Positions 27,781-35,726 of a DNA stretch of 61,610 nucleotides are shown piece after piece; positions within the stretch are counted from its first letter, which is position 1, and every line of letters begins with the position of its first letter. A program made the position numbers and the translations under genes. The notes under the pieces are model-generated. The model saw only the letters and a program-made list of their open reading frames with translations, made no database searches and was not told where the DNA came from. Source of the stretch: Candidatus Woesearchaeota archaeon (GTDB lineage: Archaea > Nanobdellota > Nanobdellia > SCGC-AAA011-G17 > JACPNG01). The DNA lies in assembly GCA_018303485.1 (NCBI GenBank), contig JAGVYC010000008.1, positions 1 through 61,610 on the forward strand, given 5' to 3'.

Positions 27781-27834
27781 TAGATTAAGCTATTGATAAC
27801 TTTTATAAATAGTTATTGTTATCAAAAAACTACC

Positions 27835-27939
27835 GGGGCTGTGGTGCAACTTGGCTAACATACGAGGTTTGGGACCTTGTGATCTCGGAGAAACTTAGTT
27901 CTTGCTATGTTTCGAGAAATTCAAATCCGGGCAGCCCCA
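27835..27939 (+). tRNA. tRNA-Pro (anticodon TGG) with a 31-nt non-canonical intron between positions 53 and 54
   Basis: Acceptor GGGGCTG/CAGCCCC with A73. Anticodon stem CGAGG/CCTTG, loop TTTGGGA (TGG at 27870-27872). T stem 5' CTCGG (27884-88) is separated from TTCAAAT-CCGGG (27920-31) by 27889-27919. A full BHB motif sits on both junctions. Confidence 0.75.
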
Positions 27940-27985
27940 TTTACAATTTAGAAATATTTAAAAACACTGTTTTTCAATCAATGAA

Positions 27986-28195
27986 ATGGCAACGAAAAGA
28001 ATGTCTTTTACCGGTGGTTTTGGAGCAAGATATGGGGCTAAAATAAGGCAGAGATTAATCAATGCCACAAAGAAGCAAAAGACTTGGCAAAAATGCCCTT
28101 ATTGCACAAAATTAAGAGTAAAAAGAATCTCATACGGCATCTGGAAATGTCGTGCATGCAATATTAAATTTGCATCAAGAGCGTACGAATCATGA
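27986..28195 (+). CDS. rpl37ae: 50S ribosomal protein L37Ae (eL43)
   Basis: TGGFGARYGAKIR and the zinc ribbon CPYC...CRAC. Confidence 0.9.
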   Translation: MATKRMSFTGGFGARYGAKIRQRLINATKKQKTWQKCPYCTKLRVKRISYGIWKCRACNIKFASRAYES

Positions 28196-28329
28196 AGCCT
28201 TACAAATGTTTTAACTGCAGCAACAGCATAAAGATGGAGTATCTTAGAAAGAAAATCCGCTGTCCATATTGTGGCAGCAAAATATTATACAAGGTAAGGT
28301 CGATCACAACAACATCTGAAGCAGTTTAA
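28192..28329 (+). CDS. rpoP: RNA polymerase subunit Rpo12/RpoP (45 aa, below the ORF-track cutoff)
   Basis: The ATG overlaps the L37Ae stop (ATGA). It translates to MKPYKCFNCSNSIKMEYLRKKIRCPYCGSKILYKVRSITTTSEAV, with CxxC...CxxC. Conserved position between rpl37ae and prefoldin beta. Confidence 0.75.
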   Translation: MKPYKCFNCSNSIKMEYLRKKIRCPYCGSKILYKVRSITTTSEAV

Positions 28330-28332
28330 AAA

Positions 28333-28662
28333 ATGAAGAATCAAAAAGAATTCGAGCAAAAAATAAAGCAGTTGCAGATTCTAGAGTATAATCTTCAGAA
28401 TTTTCTTATGCAAAAGCAAAACTTGCAGGTGCAATTGCTTGAAATAGAGAATGCATTAAAAGAACTCGAAACTGTTAAAGAAGAGCCTTATAAAATTGTA
28501 GGCAATATAATGGTTAAATCAGATAAGGCAAAACTTATTAAAGAGCTAAATTCAAAAGAGGAAGTCATAGAATTAAGATTGAAAGCCATAGACAAGCAAG
28601 AAGCAGAGCTTAGAAACAAGGCATCAGAGTTGCAACAAACTGTTTTAAAAGATATGGATTAA
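28333..28662 (+). CDS. pfdB: prefoldin beta subunit
   Basis: Two coiled-coil arms flanking the YKIVGNIMVK beta-hairpin region. Conserved synteny. Confidence 0.8.
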   Translation: MKNQKEFEQKIKQLQILEYNLQNFLMQKQNLQVQLLEIENALKELETVKEEPYKIVGNIMVKSDKAKLIKELNSKEEVIELRLKAIDKQEAELRNKASELQQTVLKDMD

Positions 28663-28687
28663 AAAGAATTAAAAAAAGGAGGTAAGA

Positions 28688-28945
28688 ATGCAGAATACAG
28701 TGAATACTGTAGATACTATAGTTGGCATGCTTTCTCAGATACAAGAAGATTTTTCAGTTCCAAAAAGCATTCGTGATAAAATAAAGTCAACAATTTCTAT
28801 TTTAGCCGATAGCGGTGCAGATGCTACGATAAAATGCGACCGTTCTCTTCAAGAGCTTGATGACATAGCAAGCGATCCTGCAATACCTGTTTATATTAGA
28901 ACTCAAATTTGGAATATTCTAAGCATCCTTGAGAGCGATAAATAG
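28688..28945 (+). CDS. UPF0147 family protein
   Basis: VPKSIRDKIK ... LDDIASDPAIPVYIRTQIWNILSILE matches the family pattern as I recall it. Confidence 0.6.
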   Translation: MQNTVNTVDTIVGMLSQIQEDFSVPKSIRDKIKSTISILADSGADATIKCDRSLQELDDIASDPAIPVYIRTQIWNILSILESDK

Positions 28946-29031
28946 GCAGTTATTGCAATAGATATGATTAATAGCTTACAGAAATATTTATATATATCTT
29001 ATAACATTGTTTATTAAAAATAAGAGGTCAA

Positions 29032-29436
29032 ATGAAAGAGGCATTAAACAAGATTAAGGAAAAGATTTCTGGTTCAAGAGATTATGATTATGAGGACTAT
29101 GCAGGCGATTATCTCGAAGTAGAGCCTGAAAAAAAGGAATTTTCTATGGCAAAAGCAGTCATTAGGCCTTTTGTTATAACTGATTTTACTGATATTAAAC
29201 CAGTATTGGATGCGTTGAGAGAAGGCAGTACTATAGTTTTGCTTAACATCGCTCCTTTGAGAGACAAGGATATTGTAGAGTTAAAAAGGGCTGTTAACAA
29301 ATTAAAAAAAACTTGCGATGCTTTGGAAGGAGATATAGCTGGTTTTGGCGAGGACTGGATTGTTGCCACTCCAAATTTTGCATATGTCCATCGCGACAGG
29401 CATGTAGAAGAAATTTCTGATACCAGCGAAGAGTAA
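29032..29436 (+). CDS. sepF: archaeal SepF-like cell division protein (DUF552)
   Basis: AVIRPFVITDFTDIKPVLDALREGSTIVLLNIAPL ... GDIAGFGEDWIVATP. An FtsZ gene is present in the same window. Confidence 0.75.
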   Translation: MKEALNKIKEKISGSRDYDYEDYAGDYLEVEPEKKEFSMAKAVIRPFVITDFTDIKPVLDALREGSTIVLLNIAPLRDKDIVELKRAVNKLKKTCDALEGDIAGFGEDWIVATPNFAYVHRDRHVEEISDTSEE

Positions 29437-29444
29437 AGCCCCGA

Positions 29445-29466
29445 TCACCCAAACTGGAATAAAAAT
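29445..29466 (+). repeat. 22-nt motif TCACCCAAACTGGAATAAAAAT (copy 2 of 3)
   Basis: Identical to 6310-6331 and 21/22 identical to 34539-34560. It begins 9 nt after the sepF stop, between convergent genes. Confidence 0.8.
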
Positions 29467-29496
29467 TCTAGAGAAGAATACAGGCAAATTAAAAGA

Positions 29497-30039
29497 TTAA
29501 CCCATTTTGATGACTTCATGCTTTGTGATGTAAGAATTTGGTATATGCACAACATCCTTGTTTTTTGTCATAACCCTTATTTCTAATAAATCAACATGAA
29601 TCACTCTTCCTTCAATGTTTTTTACCCTTATCAAATCCCCTTTCTTTATCATGCTTTTCTGGTATATTAAAAACCCTGCAACAGCATTTGGTATGAAATC
29701 CTTGAATGCCAGTATTATGAATATTATAATTACCGTTAAAATAGCCCCAAGGATGATCTGCAAGGTTGTGGTTGTTAATCCAAGCTGGTTTAATGCCATT
29801 ATTATAGCAACTAGGTATATTATAAATTTTAAGCCAGCGCTTAAGAACTCCTCGACAGGCAGCTTTACATTAGCTTGTTCCCTTAGAATCTTGTTTGTTT
29901 CCAGTTCCCTTAAAACCTTCTTTAGCAGCTTGCTTAATACCCCGGCAAGTATGAACCCTGCTATAAGGATAATAACAGCAGCAATAAGGTTTATTAATAG
30001 ATTCGATGATGATATATTAAATAGGTCATTAAAAGCCAT
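29497..30039 (-). CDS. small-conductance mechanosensitive channel (MscS family), short form
   Basis: Three TM helices followed by GDLIRVKNIEGRVIHVDLLEIRVMTKNKDVVHIPNS (MscS beta domain). The ATG at 30039 avoids overlap with the divergent GTPase gene. Confidence 0.7.
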   Translation of the reverse strand: MAFNDLFNISSSNLLINLIAAVIILIAGFILAGVLSKLLKKVLRELETNKILREQANVKLPVEEFLSAGLKFIIYLVAIIMALNQLGLTTTTLQIILGAILTVIIIFIILAFKDFIPNAVAGFLIYQKSMIKKGDLIRVKNIEGRVIHVDLLEIRVMTKNKDVVHIPNSYITKHEVIKMG

Positions 30040-30079
30040 GAAATAATTAATATAGGGGGTTTTAAAAATCTTTTGAAAA

Positions 30080-31135
30080 ATGCCAATAAACGCAGGTCCG
30101 GAATATGGTGCAGCAGAACGCAAGTATCATGAGGCAAAAACACCAGAGGAAAAGTTAAAAGCGCTTGAAAATCTGCTTCGCCATGCGCCCAGCCACAAAG
30201 GTTCTGAAGTTCTTAGGGCAGATATAAAATTAAAAATTTCCAAATTAAAGCTTTTAATGGCAAAACAAAAGCAAATAGCAAAGAAATCTTCCCATAGTTT
30301 CACAATAAAAAAAGAGGGTGTAGCCCAGGTTGTTATATGCGGTCTGACAAATTCAGGCAAGTCATATTTATTGTCAAAATTAACAAATGCAAAAGTAGCA
30401 ATAGCAGACTACGAGTTTACAACAAAAATGCCTGAGCTTGGAATCTTGGATTACCTTGGCATTAAACTCCAGCTTATAGAAATTCCAGCAATAACCAAAG
30501 ATTTTATGTACAAGGACAAAGGCCCCATGTTTTTTTCAATAATCAGGAACTCAAGCCTTGTAGTATTCTTGATCAAACAAGCTTCTGAAATAAATTTCTT
30601 AAAAGAAGAATTTGAAAAAGCAAACATAAGGCTGGATAAAAAAAGCCCGAATGTGATTATAAAAAAACAAGCTTCAGGCGGAATAAATGTCATTGGAAAT
30701 ACAAACATCCCATATGCTGCCATAGTTGAGAAATGCAAAAATTATTCAATATATAACGCCATAATAGAGTTTCATGAAAATATCTCATTGGCTGATTTTG
30801 ATAGCTTATTAAATCCTTCAACAGTTTTTCTGCCTTTGCTTATTATAAAAAACGATTTTAAAAATTTTAATCTTGAAGATATAAAAAATAATATCTGGAA
30901 CAAGCTTGGCCTGATTAAGGTTTATACCAAAACACCAGGCAAAGAGAAAGATCATCCGCCAATTGCAATGAAGCAAAATTCTACAATAAAAGATTTGGCT
31001 GTTTTTATTCATAAAGATTTCTTGAAAAATTTTAGGTTTGCCCGAATTTGGGGATCTTCAAGGTTTCCTGGCCAGGTGCTGGGGCTTGATTATGTTCTAA
31101 AAGATAATGATGTTGCTGAAATACATTTGAAATAG
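30080..31135 (+). CDS. DRG/OBG-type GTPase with C-terminal TGS domain
   Basis: G1 GLTNSGKS, and a TGS-like C-terminus IKVYTKTPGKEKD.PPIAMK..STIKDLAVFIHKDF. The G3/G4 motifs look degenerate. Confidence 0.65.
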   Translation: MPINAGPEYGAAERKYHEAKTPEEKLKALENLLRHAPSHKGSEVLRADIKLKISKLKLLMAKQKQIAKKSSHSFTIKKEGVAQVVICGLTNSGKSYLLSKLTNAKVAIADYEFTTKMPELGILDYLGIKLQLIEIPAITKDFMYKDKGPMFFSIIRNSSLVVFLIKQASEINFLKEEFEKANIRLDKKSPNVIIKKQASGGINVIGNTNIPYAAIVEKCKNYSIYNAIIEFHENISLADFDSLLNPSTVFLPLLIIKNDFKNFNLEDIKNNIWNKLGLIKVYTKTPGKEKDHPPIAMKQNSTIKDLAVFIHKDFLKNFRFARIWGSSRFPGQVLGLDYVLKDNDVAEIHLK

Positions 31136-31741
31136 TTACCTGAATATTCTTCCAGTTTCTATGCTCCAGAATAATAAATCTAGTTCGTCCATGGGTATTT
31201 TTGCTATTTTAGAGAATAATGCAAATCTCCTTTCAATGTCCAAATAAATTTTTTTGTTTAAATGTTTCGGCAAGATTTCTATGACATTATGTTTATGCAG
31301 ATTTTTCAATATATGCCTGTCTAGGATTGCAAGATTTCTATAGCCTGTATTTCTTAGGTAATGGCTGGTTTCTTTGTAACTAATGCCCTTTACATTCTTC
31401 ACAAGGTCTTCTCTGGCTTCAAAACCAGTCTTATCCAAATATTTCCTTATTTCGCTGAAATTATTCTTGGCTAATGCCAGGTATTTTGCCTTGTTTTTAT
31501 AAAATCTGGTTCTTGTTCTTAATACAGGCTTTACATCAAAATCCTTGTTCAAGAAATCTTTCTCCTTCAGAATCCTAACAGCTTCATAGCATTTCTTGGC
31601 ATTGCTTTGCGGCGTTAATATGCAAAAACACAGCTCATAAAAAATATCTTTGTTTTTCTTGAATTCATTTAATCTTTTTTTTATTAAGCTCTTTCTTTTA
31701 AAATATTCTTTCCTTAGCTCTTTAACACCTTTAACAACCAT
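31136..31741 (-). CDS. ogg: N-glycosylase/DNA lyase (Ogg2-type 8-oxoguanine glycosylase, HhH-GPD)
   Basis: ELCFCILTPQSNAKKC, KGISYKETSHYLRNTGYRNLAILDRHIL. Confidence 0.75.
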   Translation of the reverse strand: MVVKGVKELRKEYFKRKSLIKKRLNEFKKNKDIFYELCFCILTPQSNAKKCYEAVRILKEKDFLNKDFDVKPVLRTRTRFYKNKAKYLALAKNNFSEIRKYLDKTGFEAREDLVKNVKGISYKETSHYLRNTGYRNLAILDRHILKNLHKHNVIEILPKHLNKKIYLDIERRFALFSKIAKIPMDELDLLFWSIETGRIFR

Positions 31742-31742
31742 G

Positions 31743-32837
31743 TTATTTTTTAGCTTTGATTACCCTTAATTTTGCTATTTCTTCAGCGGCATTTCTTGGC
31801 GGCATATTCTCATTTTTAGCATTGTTAAGGACAAGCTCTGTGTTTTTCTTTATTTTTTCTTCAATCATCTTGAACATCTGTGCTTTTGTTCCACCAATGT
31901 ATTCAATATAGGAGCTTATTACCCCTCCGGCATTTGCAACGAAATCAGGAACAACTAAAATTCCCTTTTTGGCAAGCAATTTTTCAACATCAGCACTCAT
32001 CGGTATATTAGAACCCTCTACTATGAGCTTGAAATTCATGCTGCTGACATCATTTTCTTTTACCAAATCAGGTATTGCCGCTGTTATCAGCACATCAGCT
32101 TTTGCTTTTAAAATCTCTCTTCCCTCCATGGAATTTCCGGGTTTGTAATTAATTACACTTCCTGTTTTCTTCTTAACATCTTCAAGTTTCTTGAAATCAA
32201 TTCCATCCTTACTGTAAATAAAACCCTTTGAATCAGAAACACCAACCAGCCTTGCGCCATAATCTGTTAAAAACTTTGCAGCAAACCATCCAACATTACC
32301 AAAACCCTCAACAACAAAGCTGGTCTTTTTTATATTCATATTCAAATGTTTTATGGCAACAATAGCGCTCTGAGCAACGCCAAATCCAGTGCTGCCTAGT
32401 TCATGCGGCAACCCGCCCATTTTTGCAGGTTTTCCAGTGCAGGATTTTAATGAGCCATTGGCATTTGCAAATATTTCCATTTCATGCTCTGCCGTGTTCA
32501 TGTCAGGAGCAGCAATATATATCTCAGGAGAAACAATTTTTAATGCCTTAGAAAAATTTGCGACAATTGCGTCTTTTTGTTTCTGGCTTAAAGTTTTAGC
32601 ATCAGCAACTATGCCTGATTTCGCCCCTCCAAAAGGCAAGTCAGCCATTGCTGTTTTCCATGTCATCACTCTTGCCAGCCTAAATACTTCATCAGCTGTA
32701 ATATCTGGCGTCATTCTTACTCCTCCCTTTCCAGGCCCACGATTAGTATTATCAATAATAACAAAGCCATGCATTTTTGTTTCTGCATCATAAACTTCAA
32801 GAATCTTTTCAGGTCCAATATCATCAAACTTAATCAT
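31743..32837 (-). CDS. Glu/Leu/Phe/Val dehydrogenase family enzyme (short form)
   Basis: RGPGKGGVRM, LPFGGAKSGI, and the Rossmann motif GFGNVGWFAA. Confidence 0.85.
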   Translation of the reverse strand: MIKFDDIGPEKILEVYDAETKMHGFVIIDNTNRGPGKGGVRMTPDITADEVFRLARVMTWKTAMADLPFGGAKSGIVADAKTLSQKQKDAIVANFSKALKIVSPEIYIAAPDMNTAEHEMEIFANANGSLKSCTGKPAKMGGLPHELGSTGFGVAQSAIVAIKHLNMNIKKTSFVVEGFGNVGWFAAKFLTDYGARLVGVSDSKGFIYSKDGIDFKKLEDVKKKTGSVINYKPGNSMEGREILKAKADVLITAAIPDLVKENDVSSMNFKLIVEGSNIPMSADVEKLLAKKGILVVPDFVANAGGVISSYIEYIGGTKAQMFKMIEEKIKKNTELVLNNAKNENMPPRNAAEEIAKLRVIKAKK

Positions 32838-32970
32838 TTAAACCACCTCTGACAATTAAAATAAATGGACTGTTTTTATACTTTTCGTGAAACCCTTTAA
32901 AACGAATATTTTGCTTCTTACAATATATATTTTGCAGCATAATAATCATTTAAAAACTTAAAGAATCAAT

Positions 32971-34533
32971 GTGAATGAAATGGCTGATGTGTTGGATAAG
33001 TGTGGTGTAGCAGCAATTTACCTTAAAAAATCAAAAAAAGGCAATTATGATTTAGAGGTAGTGCCACAGCTTCTTTATGTTATGCTGTCAAACTTGCAAC
33101 ACAGGGGCCAATTAAGCACTGGAATATCAACATACAACCCATTTAACGAAGATAATGAAATAAGATTAAAACTTCTTAAAGATGTTGGCGATGTCGATGC
33201 TGTATATAAAGTTACAAAAAAGGGTCCCAGTTTGGACATCATCAAGTATTGCAAAGGAATCTCTGGCATAGGCCATGTTAGGTATGCAACCTCTGGTAGT
33301 GGGGAAGATTACTTAACATTAAGAAGAGAAGCACAGCCAATGTTGAGGCACCATGGAAGGGCATCAAAAAGATTTTGCATAGGCTTTAACGGCAATATAG
33401 CAAACTACGATGCTTTGGCAAAACAAATAATGGATGAAGGTTACATCTTAGATACCAAGCTGGATACAGAAGCCATTATGCATCTTATTTCATTAAGCCT
33501 TAAAAGGAGAATTAAAAGAAATAAAGAAGGGTACAATAAACCAAATCTTCTCAGGATAAGCGAGGATTTGATGGGAAGACTTGATGGTGCATACAATATT
33601 ACAGCACAATTTGCTGATGGCAATTTGCTTGTTATAAGAGACCCTCTTGGTTTTAAGCCGTTTGTATGGGGCGAGAATGAAGATTTCTATGCAGCGGCAT
33701 CTGAAAGTGTTGCCTTGGAAAGCATCGGTATAAGCAATTTCAAGATAATTGAACCTGGCTCATGCTTGATACTAAACACAAAAAAACCAGCCATCAAGAA
33801 ATTAGTCGAAATCCATAAGCGGTCATACTGCCATTTCGAATATGTTTATTTTGCTGATGTTAATTCAATTTTAGATTGTGGTTCTGTAAACAAGATCAGG
33901 GAAAATCTCGGTTTTAAACTTGCAAGCATCGAGCCATTAAAAGACAAGTTCAAGAACACTCCAAGTGATTATGTTGTAGTTCCAGTGCCAAATACAGCAA
34001 TACCTGCGGCAGAGGTTTATGCATGGACTCTTGGAATACCATCAAGATCAGCTATTGTCAAAACCAAAGGAAGCAGGGGTTTTATCAACAAGTTAGATGA
34101 AAGAGAGCAGATAATGTACAGGGAATACAAAATAATAAAAGAGAGAATAAAAGGGAGAAAAGTTATTCTAATAGATGACAGCATTGTAAGAGGAGAAACA
34201 AGCAAGCTCATTGTAGGCTTAGTAAAAAATGCTGGTGCAACAGAGGTTCATCTGCGTTCAACAGAACCGCCTTTAATAAGCCCTTGTTTTTATGGCATTG
34301 ACTTTCCAACTTACAGAGAGCTTATTGCTGCAAGGTATCCATCTGATAAATTAGAAGAGCAGGTTGCTAATTACATTGGTGCTGATTCTGTAAAGTACCA
34401 AACATTGGACGGTTTAGTCGATGCAATTGGAACAAAGAGTGAGAATCTCTGTTCAGCTTGCATTACAGGTCAATATCCGACAGAAGCAGGCAAGCATCAA
34501 GCAAGTGAATCTCTCAGTCGCAGCAAGCTATGA
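32971..34533 (+). CDS. purF: amidophosphoribosyltransferase
   Basis: Ntn Cys in KCGVAAIY, GIGHVRYATSG, PRT motif ILIDDSIVRGETS, and C-terminal Cys residues. The last 8 codons lie inside the repeated element 34518-34560. Confidence 0.9.
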   Translation: MNEMADVLDKCGVAAIYLKKSKKGNYDLEVVPQLLYVMLSNLQHRGQLSTGISTYNPFNEDNEIRLKLLKDVGDVDAVYKVTKKGPSLDIIKYCKGISGIGHVRYATSGSGEDYLTLRREAQPMLRHHGRASKRFCIGFNGNIANYDALAKQIMDEGYILDTKLDTEAIMHLISLSLKRRIKRNKEGYNKPNLLRISEDLMGRLDGAYNITAQFADGNLLVIRDPLGFKPFVWGENEDFYAAASESVALESIGISNFKIIEPGSCLILNTKKPAIKKLVEIHKRSYCHFEYVYFADVNSILDCGSVNKIRENLGFKLASIEPLKDKFKNTPSDYVVVPVPNTAIPAAEVYAWTLGIPSRSAIVKTKGSRGFINKLDEREQIMYREYKIIKERIKGRKVILIDDSIVRGETSKLIVGLVKNAGATEVHLRSTEPPLISPCFYGIDFPTYRELIAARYPSDKLEEQVANYIGADSVKYQTLDGLVDAIGTKSENLCSACITGQYPTEAGKHQASESLSRSKL

Positions 34534-34560
34534 GGCATTCACCCAAACTGGAATAAATAT
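34518..34560 (+). repeat. contiguous copy of the 43-nt element (contains 22-nt motif copy 3)
   Basis: TCGCAGCAAGCTATGAGGCAT-TCACCCAAACTGGAATAAATAT. It spans the purF stop codon. Confidence 0.8.
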
Positions 34561-34760
34561 AAGTAAATTCGATATTAAGAATCTATTATCAATTTATTAT
34601 TTTCTGGGCATATAGTCCACTGTGAAGTTCTTGAAGATATGATGAACATTAAAAATGCTAGAACGATTTTAAAAAGGAGAACGGTCCAAGTAATCCATGA
34701 TAGCACATACAGATCCGATAATCAAAAGATTTATATACTCCTTTATGTTAATATGTACAT

Positions 34761-35003
34761 ATGTCACTAAGATTAGAATTAGACCTTGAAATGGAGTTTA
34801 GGGAGGTTGCTATGCACAAGTATGGTTATTCAAAAGGGGCATTAAAAAAAGCAAGTTTTGAAGCCTTTAGGAGATGGATTAATGAGCAAAAAGGAATTGC
34901 TGTAGTTGAAGAACCATTTAGATTAATAGAAGGCATATTAAAAAAAACAAAAAGCGGTTCTGTAGAATTGCAGCATTCAGCAAAAAAATTATGGGTGAAA
35001 TAG
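34761..35003 (+). CDS. putative antitoxin (VapB-like) upstream of the PIN gene
   Basis: 80-aa ORF whose stop abuts the PIN start. A TATA-like TTTATATAC lies about 30 nt upstream. Confidence 0.5.
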   Translation: MSLRLELDLEMEFREVAMHKYGYSKGALKKASFEAFRRWINEQKGIAVVEEPFRLIEGILKKTKSGSVELQHSAKKLWVK

Positions 35004-35396
35004 GTGTTTATAGATTCTAACATTTTCTTAGAAATAGCGCTTAAAAATGCAAATTACACAAAATGTGAAGAGTTTCTTAAGAATTTATTAGTTAAGAATA
35101 CACCATTTTATACCTCTGATTTTGTTATTTATTCTTGTTTGCTTATAATAAATAGCAAGCTAAATTTCCCTGTTTATATGAAAAACTTTCTTATTTTCAT
35201 CAGTAGCATAAAAGTTAGCATATTAAGACCAAGCTTAAAAGAAATTTATTCTGCAACTAATTTTATGGAAAAATATAAATTAGATTTTGATGATGCACTT
35301 ATTCTTAGTTGTATGGTAGAAAATAAAATTAAATATTTAGTTTCATATGATAAGCATTTTGACAAGGTAAAAGAAGTAAATGTTATTAAACCATGA
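35004..35396 (+). CDS. vapC: PIN domain ribonuclease (VapC-like toxin)
   Basis: GTG start, VFIDSNIFLEIAL (first acidic residue), YTSDFV, FDDALILS and SYDKHFD give the four conserved acidic positions. Confidence 0.65.
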   Translation: MFIDSNIFLEIALKNANYTKCEEFLKNLLVKNTPFYTSDFVIYSCLLIINSKLNFPVYMKNFLIFISSIKVSILRPSLKEIYSATNFMEKYKLDFDDALILSCMVENKIKYLVSYDKHFDKVKEVNVIKP

Positions 35397-35494
35397 ACAT
35401 CTGCTGTAATTATACTAACTAAGGAGGCTACTTAGTCCTATACAAACACCCAAGCACCATAAACTTAATAAATAAGAAAATATAACTTGCTTTC

Positions 35495-35647
35495 ATGGGG
35501 AAATTCACGTGCAATCGCTGCAGGTATAAGTTTACAATGAAATTAAAGGATAAGCCGCCATTAACCTGTCCGAATTGCGGCAAGCAGGGTACTGTCTCAC
35601 CACTACCTGATGCAGATAAAATAATAAAAGATTCAGACCTTTACTAA
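35495..35647 (+). CDS. 50-aa zinc-ribbon protein (below the ORF-track cutoff)
   Basis: MGKFTCNRCRYKF...LTCPNCGKQG has two CxxC knuckles. Confidence 0.4.
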   Translation: MGKFTCNRCRYKFTMKLKDKPPLTCPNCGKQGTVSPLPDADKIIKDSDLY

Positions 35648-35726
35648 GCTTTTTAAATCCCTTTTCTTTTGTTACAGCTATGGAAATACTAAAAAAACAT
35701 AAGGATAATAGACCTAGCTGGCAAGG

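Noticed and set aside
27816-28046. 76-aa ORF on the + strand
   Set aside because: It covers the intron-containing tRNA-Pro and overlaps the rpl37ae start. The tRNA fold and BHB motif explain the sequence better.
29615-30046. 143-aa + strand ORF
   Set aside because: It is antisense to the MscS-like gene, whose TM and beta-domain pattern is convincing. The same reasoning applies to other long antisense ORFs listed in the track (e.g. 1802-2209, 32389-32793, 48926-49351).
34639-34718. Possible C/D box sRNA: ATGATGA (34639-45), 12 nt, CTAG, long spacer, ATGATAG, 11 nt, CCGA (34715-18)
   Set aside because: The C box is good, but neither D' nor D matches CUGA. The ~35-nt D'-C' spacer is far longer than in archaeal C/D sRNAs, and the terminal stem is minimal. 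This is not supportable without a covariance search or a target match.
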